Assembly (NCBI GenBank): GCA_015493745.1
Contig: WGCN01000023.1
Coordinates: 38,568 to 102,567, forward strand
DNA: 64,000 nucleotides
Reading direction: 5' to 3'
Source of the DNA: Calditrichales bacterium
GTDB lineage: Bacteria; Calditrichota; Calditrichia; Calditrichales; J004
Shown: piece after piece, positions 57,065-64,000 of the stretch
Layout of the letters: each line of letters starts with the position of its first letter
How positions within the stretch are numbered: the stretch's first letter is position 1
Made by a program: the position numbers and the translations under genes
Notes under the pieces: generated by a model
Databases searched by the model: none
What the model saw: only the letters and a program-made list of their open reading frames with translations
What the model was told of the DNA's origin: nothing

Positions 57065-58699
57065 GTGCACGTGTACGCGGATATAGATACCCAGGACTAT
57101 ATTGATGAGATTGTAGATAACATCAGAAAAAAGGACAGGATCAAAGCCGACTTGGTTATTGCCCACATTGCCCAAATGGGGGCGGATGTCCAGCGGAAAA
57201 TGCTTCAGGCACTGGCCCGGGAGAATACCGATTTTACCGTCAGCTATATTATTCATCTGTTGGAGATCGCCTCCACCCTGGACATTGCAGAGGATGAGAT
57301 CATAGAAACCCTGCAGGATATGTTGTTGCAACGACCGCAGAATATCCGCTTTTTACTGGAAAACCCGGTACTGTCGGACAAATTTGATATCATCGACTTA
57401 ATTGCCGAACTGCAATATGACGGAGCGGTACCCTATCTGCTGGAGCGCCTGAATAATGAGCAGGATCAGAAATCAATCATTCGTATCATCAGAGCCCTGG
57501 GTAGTATTGGCGATCCGGAAGCGGTAACCAGTCTTAGTGAATACCTCTATTCCGAAAACCGGCCCCTCATCATGGCGGCCATCGATGCCTTGAAGGAAAT
57601 AGCCAGCTCCAATGCCATCGAAGCCCTGACCGAACGTATCGGCACCGATCATGAAATTGATGTGAAGATAGTGGATATTTTTGCTCTGATTCAGGATGAG
57701 GCTTGCCTGAAAGCTTTGAACCGCGTATTAAAAACGGGCGATCCCATTTTAAGAAATTATGCCAAAACAAAGCTGATTCAGATCGGCCCCAAGGTGGTTC
57801 CGGTCATTATTGATAATCTGCGTGATGATGATTCCGAATTTGTCATCCACTCCTTAAATATTTTGGGCATGCTGGGCGATGCCAGCGCCGTAAATGCCAT
57901 ACGTCAACTGTTGTTTGACCATCCTCCCAACGGAAATGTGCGCTTTGCCGCTTTTGAGGCTTTGGGCATGTTGCCTATCCTGAAGGGGATTTTTGTGCTG
58001 TCCAATGGTCTTTCCGATGAAGTCGACCTGGTTCGTAAAGCGGCCGCCCGGGCCATTGACCGCAATAATACCAGCATGCTCAGATCGGGAATCCGCAATC
58101 TGATACGGAAGGGTGACGCCGAGGCCCGCAATATCGTGTCGGCCTTTATAGATGCCGAAGCAGACTCCATCTTTAGAAATATGATTATGGAAAGCCCCTT
58201 TAAGGAACTGGCCATGGACTATCTGATCCGGGATGCTCATCCGGACTTGAAAAAGCATTTTGGTGATTTATTGCGGCAGATCGGTTACAGTGATTTGGCG
58301 CAGGAAATTGTCCCGCAAGCGGAAGATGACCGGAAACGGCTTAATATTATCGTGGTGGATGACTCGCGTATGCTGCTCAAAGTCTATAAAAGCAACCTGC
58401 ACGATATCGGATACGCATCACGCCTGTTTGAATTTCCCGAAACCGCTCTGGAACATATTCTGGCCGAGAAACCGGATCTGGTTATCACCGATCTGAATAT
58501 GCCCAAGCTCACCGGCATTCAGTTGACCGAACGGATACGGGAAAAGTACCCGGCCGGGGAACTGCCGATTTTACTGATAACAACCCAGACCGATCAGGAT
58601 GAAACCGCAACCGCGTATAAGGCGGGTATATCGGATGTGATCTATAAGCCCTTCACAAAGGAGCAGTTAAAGAAAACGATAGATAAACTGGTGGGATAG
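57065..58699 (+). CDS. HEAT/PBS-lyase-repeat protein fused to a C-terminal receiver domain
   Basis: 544 aa with a GTG start (57071 is also possible). Repeated AVPYLLERLN...ALGSIGDPEAV / AAIDALKEIASSNAIEAL / VIHSLNILGMLGDASAVNAI units. Receiver: LNIIVVDDSRML, DLVITDLNMPKLTG, IYKPF. Confidence 0.75.
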   Translation: MHVYADIDTQDYIDEIVDNIRKKDRIKADLVIAHIAQMGADVQRKMLQALARENTDFTVSYIIHLLEIASTLDIAEDEIIETLQDMLLQRPQNIRFLLENPVLSDKFDIIDLIAELQYDGAVPYLLERLNNEQDQKSIIRIIRALGSIGDPEAVTSLSEYLYSENRPLIMAAIDALKEIASSNAIEALTERIGTDHEIDVKIVDIFALIQDEACLKALNRVLKTGDPILRNYAKTKLIQIGPKVVPVIIDNLRDDDSEFVIHSLNILGMLGDASAVNAIRQLLFDHPPNGNVRFAAFEALGMLPILKGIFVLSNGLSDEVDLVRKAAARAIDRNNTSMLRSGIRNLIRKGDAEARNIVSAFIDAEADSIFRNMIMESPFKELAMDYLIRDAHPDLKKHFGDLLRQIGYSDLAQEIVPQAEDDRKRLNIIVVDDSRMLLKVYKSNLHDIGYASRLFEFPETALEHILAEKPDLVITDLNMPKLTGIQLTERIREKYPAGELPILLITTQTDQDETATAYKAGISDVIYKPFTKEQLKKTIDKLVG

Positions 58700-58703
58700 C
58701 CGC

Positions 58704-59108
58704 TTAGGAAATCAGCTTAAGTTTTTTTAAAGCCCTTACCACATCATCTTTGGAAAAGGGCTTGGTGATATAATAGTCACAGCCCAGGTCATAGGCCTGC
58801 TGAAGGGTACCGGGGTGGGTGACGGATGAAATGATAACAATTTTACTACGCTCATCTTCACTTAAATGAATCTCTTTCTCAAATTCCCGGATATGCTTTA
58901 ATACTTTCAGGCCGTTCATCTCCGGCAGATAAATGTCAAGGCAGACCAGGTTAAAAGCTTCCCCGTTAAAAAAATACTCCGCATATATTTTTAAAGCCTC
59001 TTTGCCATTATTGCTAACCCTGAAAGTACCATAAGGCTCAATAAACCTTTCGATCACTCTCTGAATGAGAAACACATCCTCAACAATCAGGGCTCTTATA
59101 TTTTTCAC
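58704..59108 (-). CDS. Single-domain response regulator (CheY-like)
   Basis: 134 aa. RALIVEDVFLIQ, NLVCLDIYLPEMNG, YITKPF. Confidence 0.85.
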   Translation of the reverse strand: MKNIRALIVEDVFLIQRVIERFIEPYGTFRVSNNGKEALKIYAEYFFNGEAFNLVCLDIYLPEMNGLKVLKHIREFEKEIHLSEDERSKIVIISSVTHPGTLQQAYDLGCDYYITKPFSKDDVVRALKKLKLIS

Positions 59109-59391
59109 GTTATTTTTTCCGGTTATATCAGTTCCATTGTCTATCGGCAGATTTCCGGAAAATTTTATTTTCGATTTTCAGAAACCTGTTCACGAAGGGC
59201 AAAAGCATATTGGGCGCCGTGAAGATTAAGCCGGACAGTGCCGGGAGGAAGTTTTTATCCTGCAAACGGAAAGTTTTGCCGTAGCGTTTGTCTCCGCTGA
59301 GGTGTTTAGTGGTTTCCCCAAAAAAACAATACCTTCTTAAATTCTTTAATAATAAAGGTTTATATCCGCCGATGCGTCGTTACTTTTTGTT

Positions 59392-59407
59392 TGGCACAGC
59401 TTTTGAC
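59392..59407 (+). promoter_or_regulatory. Candidate sigma-54 (-24/-12) promoter upstream of flgB
   Basis: TGGCAC-agctt-TTGA versus the consensus TGGCAC-N5-TTGC. It lies ~25 nt upstream of the flgB ATG at 59432. An NtrC-type activator is encoded in the window. Confidence 0.35.
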
Positions 59408-59431
59408 TTGTAAAAGATGAAAGGAAGAAAG

Positions 59432-59800
59432 ATGAAGATATTCAATACGGAAAAAATACAGCTTTTTAAAAAGGCGCTTAATGTGTATGACAAGCAACAT
59501 AAGGCCATTGCCCAAAATGTTGCGCATGCGCATGATAATACATACCGCCCCGTAAAAACGGATTTTTCTGAACAGCTGCAAACCGCAGTGGCGGAAAAAT
59601 TGAAAAAGACCGACCCGCGTCATCTCAATTCAAGAGGGCCGGGGGAGTTTCCATCCCTGGAGAAAACCAGGGAACGGGTTGATTTAAACAAGGAGATGGG
59701 GGCTTTGGCGGAAAACCAAATCCGTTTTGATTTTGTAAGCAGGATTTTAAGCAGAACCTATAAAAGTTTAAACACCAGTATTACCGGTAGAACAACTTAA
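59432..59800 (+). CDS. flgB: Flagellar basal-body rod protein FlgB
   Basis: KAIAQNVAHAHDNTYRP (rod N-terminal motif). The ATG with an AGGAAG RBS is preferred over 59417. Confidence 0.85.
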   Translation: MKIFNTEKIQLFKKALNVYDKQHKAIAQNVAHAHDNTYRPVKTDFSEQLQTAVAEKLKKTDPRHLNSRGPGEFPSLEKTRERVDLNKEMGALAENQIRFDFVSRILSRTYKSLNTSITGRTT

Positions 59801-59811
59801 GGAGTTCATGG

Positions 59812-60300
59812 ATGAAAACAGAAGGCATTTTATCAGCTATTGATACAACCATGGGGGGATTGTCCACCCAGATGAAACGCCTGCGGCTTATTTCTGACAA
59901 TATTGCCAATGCCGACCGTATTGCGGATAAAAAGGGAAAAGTATATAAAAGGCAGATTCTTGTTCCCGAGGGCCGGAACTCTGTCAGAAAACCGGATTTT
60001 GGAGACCGTTTGTCACTTAGTATGAAAAAAACGGCCCAGGGGCATTTTAATAATGTTGAGCGTCGCTTAGGAGGGTTGAAGGACGGCCGGAACGATTATG
60101 AGGTTATACAGCAGGAAAGTACCCTGCGTGTGTTCGAACCCAATAACCCCATGGCGGATAAGGACGGATATGTGGAAAAACCCGATATAAATGTTGTTGA
60201 GGAGATGGTTGACATGATCTCGGCAACGCGTATATATGAAGCTAATATAAGCGTCATGGAAGCGGCGAAAAGTATCGCCAAGAAGTCCATGGAGATTTAG
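59812..60300 (+). CDS. flgC: Flagellar basal-body rod protein FlgC
   Basis: 162 aa. LRLISDNIANADR; C-terminal VVEEMVDMISATRIYEANISVMEAAKSI. Confidence 0.9.
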   Translation: MKTEGILSAIDTTMGGLSTQMKRLRLISDNIANADRIADKKGKVYKRQILVPEGRNSVRKPDFGDRLSLSMKKTAQGHFNNVERRLGGLKDGRNDYEVIQQESTLRVFEPNNPMADKDGYVEKPDINVVEEMVDMISATRIYEANISVMEAAKSIAKKSMEI

Positions 60301-60301
60301 C

Positions 60302-60592
60302 ATGAGGATATCAGGAGGTCTGTCCGATTTATACGGACCGGAAAGTTATCGCCGTCAGGAGCCTAAAGTTCAAAGCGAGGCGCCGGAGAACAAAGCAAAA
60401 CCGGAGGCGCTGCAGGCGGGCCGCCGGGCTACAGCGGAAGATATTCCCCTCAGAAGCGTGTTGAGTACCCGGGAACTGAATACGCTGGAAGCTTTCTTTG
60501 GCGACCCGAACACCGCCAGGCAAACCCTGTACGGCGGTCATGGTCAGCCTAAAAATGTACACTCAGGAATGTTACTGGATGTGAAAGGATAA
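60302..60592 (+). CDS. Hypothetical protein inserted between flgC and fliE
   Basis: 96 aa. The ATG is 1 nt after the flgC stop, with GGAG 9 nt upstream. No motif recognised. Confidence 0.5.
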   Translation: MRISGGLSDLYGPESYRRQEPKVQSEAPENKAKPEALQAGRRATAEDIPLRSVLSTRELNTLEAFFGDPNTARQTLYGGHGQPKNVHSGMLLDVKG

Positions 60593-60595
60593 AGC

Positions 60596-60916
60596 ATGTC
60601 AAACGTAGACCCATTAGGATCGGTAAACCTACGCGAGCTTTTAAGCCGGAACACTCCGGTTCAGGGCGGGCAACAACAGGACAGCAAGGATAAAAAAGCG
60701 GATTTTGGTGATACCATCTCCGAATTTATCGATTCTGTCAACGATAAGGCCAGGGAGGCCGGAAAAAAATCGATGGATATTGTTCAGGGAAAATCAGACA
60801 ATATTCAGGAAGCGATGGCCGCTCTGGAGGAGTCGGGACTCAGTTTTAAACTGATGGTTGAAATTCGAAATAAACTGCTGGAATCCTACAAAGAAGTTGA
60901 ACGGATGTCGGTATAA
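60596..60916 (+). CDS. fliE: Flagellar hook-basal body protein FliE
   Basis: 106 aa. FGDTISEFIDSVNDK...AALEESGLSFKLMVEIRNKLLESYKEVERM. Confidence 0.85.
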   Translation: MSNVDPLGSVNLRELLSRNTPVQGGQQQDSKDKKADFGDTISEFIDSVNDKAREAGKKSMDIVQGKSDNIQEAMAALEESGLSFKLMVEIRNKLLESYKEVERMSV

Positions 60917-60935
60917 ATCTAAACAGGAAAGATAA

Positions 60936-62513
60936 ATGAACCAGCTTGTTGCTCAATTAACACAATTTGTAATGCAGTTCACGCCCAAACAACGGATTAT
61001 GGTGACGGGAATTGCGCTTGTTTTTCTTTCGGCCGTTGTGGCTATGCTGATGTGGGCAAATCGTACCGAATATGAACTGCTTTTTACCAATATGGATCCT
61101 CAGGACGCCTCGGAGGTCGTGACCGATCTGGCAAACGATAAAATAAAATACCGTCTGGAAAACGGGGGTACCACCATCTATGTGCAGCAGGATATGGTGG
61201 ATGAGTTGCGCATACGTTTCCACAATATGGGTGCCGGTGCCAACCAGCCCCAGGGCTGGGATGATATTTTTGATCCCGATAAAAACAATATCGGTGAAAC
61301 CACCACCATGATGCGTATAAAAACCCTGCGCGCCCTGGAAGGAGAACTGGAAAAAACCATAAATATGATGACCTGGGTCAAGGGCTCACGGGTACACCTG
61401 AATATTCCCGACCGGCGTTTGTTTGAACAGGATCGTAAAGGCTCCGCCAGCGTAACCCTGATCCTGTCACGGGGCGGTGTTTCGGAAAAGCAGCTCTTAA
61501 GCATTCCCCAGATGGTGGCCCACAGTGTGGAAAATATCGCTCCGGAGGATGTGACCGTGGTCGACTCACACGGGAACCTGCTGTATAACGGTGAGAACGA
61601 CAACAATCTGGGGCAATCCGGTACCCAATGGGAACTGACCAAAAATGTCGAGAAGGAGATGAACCAGAAAATCCGCACCATGCTGGAAGCCTTTGTCGGT
61701 TACGGCAATGTCAAGGTGCAGGTCGGGGCGGAGCTGAATTTCGATCAGGTCAGTAAAACCATTCAGGACATCGATCCGGATGATGTGACCGTGGTCAGTG
61801 AAGAAATCATCAACGAATCGACCCATGATAATACCGACTCCTCTTTGGCTACGGCGGAAAACAGTACCACAAATTATGAGTTTAGTAAGGTTGTGGAGAA
61901 TATCGTGACCGGAACCGGAAATATTAAAAGGCTGACAGTCTCTGTGTTAGTCAACGGTCAATTTAATACCACTACGGATGCCAATGGCGATGAAGTCAAG
62001 GAATATCAGCCCCGCTCCCAGGAAGACCTGGATAAATTGACGGCCCTGGTAAAAAATGCCATAGGTTATAATGAGCAGCGCGGTGATCAGGTGGTAGTGG
62101 TCAATATGCCCTTTGCCGAACAGCCGGTATACGAAGACAGCTTTATGGATATTTTTAAATCCCCCGAATTATGGAAACAACTGCTAACCTACATCCTGGT
62201 AGGCGTGGGACTGTTTATGGCCTTTACCCTGATCAAAGGGCTGATGAACAGCGAGGCGACCAGCAAAATATTATTGCCGATTGAAATCCAACAAAAGGCG
62301 CTTATGGAAAAAACTAAAACGGAACGTATGCAACTCGGTGAGGAAAAAGAGTCGGAAATGGATGAGAATGACTTTATTTCCAAGCTCAGCCCCGAGGCGC
62401 GTGCCCGTATGCGGGCCAATGATAAGATGACCACCGAGGTGGTGAACTTTGCCAAAGATAACCCGGATCAGGCCACATCTTTGATGCGCGCCTGGTTAAC
62501 ACAACAAGGATAG
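60936..62513 (+). CDS. fliF: Flagellar MS-ring protein FliF
   Basis: 525 aa. N-terminal TM IMVTGIALVFLSAVVAMLMW, EYELLFTNMDPQDASEV, second TM LLTYILVGVGLFMAFTLI, C-terminal FliG-binding tail. Confidence 0.9.
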   Translation: MNQLVAQLTQFVMQFTPKQRIMVTGIALVFLSAVVAMLMWANRTEYELLFTNMDPQDASEVVTDLANDKIKYRLENGGTTIYVQQDMVDELRIRFHNMGAGANQPQGWDDIFDPDKNNIGETTTMMRIKTLRALEGELEKTINMMTWVKGSRVHLNIPDRRLFEQDRKGSASVTLILSRGGVSEKQLLSIPQMVAHSVENIAPEDVTVVDSHGNLLYNGENDNNLGQSGTQWELTKNVEKEMNQKIRTMLEAFVGYGNVKVQVGAELNFDQVSKTIQDIDPDDVTVVSEEIINESTHDNTDSSLATAENSTTNYEFSKVVENIVTGTGNIKRLTVSVLVNGQFNTTTDANGDEVKEYQPRSQEDLDKLTALVKNAIGYNEQRGDQVVVVNMPFAEQPVYEDSFMDIFKSPELWKQLLTYILVGVGLFMAFTLIKGLMNSEATSKILLPIEIQQKALMEKTKTERMQLGEEKESEMDENDFISKLSPEARARMRANDKMTTEVVNFAKDNPDQATSLMRAWLTQQG

Positions 62514-62516
62514 ATT

Positions 62517-63566
62517 ATGCCTGAAGAAACTGCCCTGGCGACCCAGGAGTCCAAAGCGGAAGTCCCTTCCGTTTCTTTGCGTCCGATTCAGAAAATTGCC
62601 CTGATGATGATTGCCTTCGGTCCGGAGATTGCCGGTGAGATAATGCGCAATTTTACCGAAAAAGAGGGTGAGAAGATTTCCATTGAGATTGCCAAGCTGA
62701 ATAACGTACCCGTGGATGTTCTGAGCACGACCATCGAAGAGTTCTATCAAATGATGCAGGCCAACCAGTACATCATTCAGGGTGGGTTGCATTATGCCAA
62801 AGAAGCTCTGGAAAAAGCATATGGCCTAAAAAAGGCGGAAGAGATACTCAAACGGGTGGAAGCAGCCACGGAAGTGAGCGCTTTTTATCTGCTGCAAACC
62901 GTGGACGACAAACAATTACTTAACTTTTTACAGAATGAGCATCCGCAAACAGCGGCACTGATACTGGCAAATCTAAAACCGACACAGGCAGCCAGTATTC
63001 TTTCCGAACTGCCGGAGGAATATCAGTATGAAATCGCCTACCGGGTGGCCACGATGGAAAAAACATCTCCCGAGCTTATCGAGGATATCGAGGATGTATT
63101 ACGTGAACAGATGGGCAGCATCTTTGGCGGCGGATTGAGTAAAACCGGTGGTGTGGATACGGTCGCCGAAATCCTTAACTCCGTCAGTCGCACCGCGGAG
63201 AAAAATATTCTTACCAACCTGCGTGAGCGTGATGCCGAGCTGGCCAACGAGATTAATGACCTGATGTTTATTTTTGAAGATCTGATCGCCATGCCGCCGG
63301 CAACCATTCAGATGATCCTGAAAGAGGTGAATTCCAACACGCTGGCCCTGGCGCTTAAGGCCACTTCCCCCGATTTGCGTGACAAGATTTTTGATAACAT
63401 GTCCGAGCGTGCCGCGGCCATGCTCAAGGAAGAGTTGGATTACATGGGGCCGGTTCGCCTTAAAGAGGTGGAGAATGCGCAAAAGGATATACTGGATATC
63501 GCCCGCAGACTGGAGGAAGCAGGTGAAATACAACTGACCCGCAGCGAAGAAGAGGAACTGATATAA
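62517..63566 (+). CDS. fliG: Flagellar motor switch protein FliG
   Basis: 349 aa. QKIALMMIAFGPEIAGEIM, EHPQTAALILANL, MFIFEDL, C-terminal RLKEVENAQKDILDIARRLEEAGEI. Confidence 0.9.
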   Translation: MPEETALATQESKAEVPSVSLRPIQKIALMMIAFGPEIAGEIMRNFTEKEGEKISIEIAKLNNVPVDVLSTTIEEFYQMMQANQYIIQGGLHYAKEALEKAYGLKKAEEILKRVEAATEVSAFYLLQTVDDKQLLNFLQNEHPQTAALILANLKPTQAASILSELPEEYQYEIAYRVATMEKTSPELIEDIEDVLREQMGSIFGGGLSKTGGVDTVAEILNSVSRTAEKNILTNLRERDAELANEINDLMFIFEDLIAMPPATIQMILKEVNSNTLALALKATSPDLRDKIFDNMSERAAAMLKEELDYMGPVRLKEVENAQKDILDIARRLEEAGEIQLTRSEEEELI

Positions 63567-63568
63567 CA

Positions 63569-64000
63569 ATGGGGCAGACCGTAATTAAACTGGGGCGCAA
63601 GCTTAAAGGGGTAAAAGATCACAATGTCTACCGGCATCAGGCATTTGATAAGGATATCGGTAAGGATGTGCCGGAAAAAAGTCCCGGACAGATCATTGAT
63701 GACGCCCGCAAGATTAAAAGGCTTGAAGACCGGATTCATCTGTTGGAGATTGAACTGCAAAAGGCCCGGGAAGAGTCCTTTAAGGCCGGATACGATGAAG
63801 GGAAACAGCGTACCCTGCAAGAGGCGCTGAACCGTATTGAAGCGGTGAAACTGGAGATGCAGCAACAGGAAGAACATTTCCGGGAAACACTGGAAAACCT
63901 GGAGCGCCCCTTGCTGAAACTGGCCAAGGAAATGGCCACGGAAGTGATACGCATACATCTGGAAGAAAAAAATGCGGCCGATGAGGCCTTGAAAGAACGT
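63569..64000 (+). CDS. fliH: Flagellar assembly protein FliH (3' end cut by window edge)
   Basis: Open frame of 144 codons from the ATG 2 nt after the fliG stop to the window end; it is not in the ORF track because it has no stop. Coiled coil plus ESFKAGYDEGKQ, typical of the FliH N-terminal half. Conserved fliF-fliG-fliH order. Confidence 0.7.
   Translation, partial: MGQTVIKLGRKLKGVKDHNVYRHQAFDKDIGKDVPEKSPGQIIDDARKIKRLEDRIHLLEIELQKAREESFKAGYDEGKQRTLQEALNRIEAVKLEMQQQEEHFRETLENLERPLLKLAKEMATEVIRIHLEEKNAADEALKER

Noticed and set aside
59353-59375. Sigma-28-like TAAAGGTT ... GCCGATGC upstream of flgB
   Set aside because: The spacer between the two elements is only ~7 nt versus ~11 in the consensus. 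The sigma-54-like motif 20 nt downstream is a better fit.

Overview
This is a 64-kb bacterial chromosomal window, almost fully coding. It has no rRNA, transposase, integrase, CRISPR or recognisable defence genes. All calls come from reading motifs by eye; no database search or folding program was available.

- **Left ~14 kb:** the tail of an exopolysaccharide locus (BY-type tyrosine kinase cut by the window edge, then two nucleotide-sugar dehydrogenases). Next come a Tat-exported two-domain-type multicopper oxidase with an outer-membrane barrel, and an operon of a small protein, a PHP phosphoesterase and two alkaline-phosphatase-superfamily genes. After these are a UpxY/NusG-like antiterminator, a small membrane protein, a DUF2061-APS-kinase fusion, and glgA.
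- **13.9-15.8 kb, an RNA-gene island:** tmRNA (tag ADNNYALAA), tRNA-Gly(GCC), tRNA-Cys(GCA) and tRNA-Leu(UAA). Around tRNA-Cys is an array of tRNA-Cys-derived repeats carrying a conserved GC hairpin. Two tandem 81-aa GIY-YIG genes each start 3 nt after a tRNA or tRNA-like 3' end. This is the most unusual structure in the window.
- **15.8-64 kb, a motility and chemosensory region:**
  - Filament genes fliC-fliS-fliD-flaG-orf-flgM, flanked by two PAS hybrid histidine kinases.
  - Che operon 1: REC, DUF342, dual-HPt CheA, globin-coupled MCP, CheW, MCPs, CheR, CheB, CheD, CheY, CheX-like, CheY, CheZ-like, orf, DUF342.
  - A block of response regulators ending in a sigma-54 activator.
  - Che operon 2, headed by a REC / RsbW-like / STAS partner-switching trio: CheA-REC hybrid, CheW, CZB-type MCP, PilJ-type MCP, CheB, CheR, HEAT-REC.
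  - flgB-flgC-orf-fliE-fliF-fliG-fliH, with fliH cut by the 3' edge.
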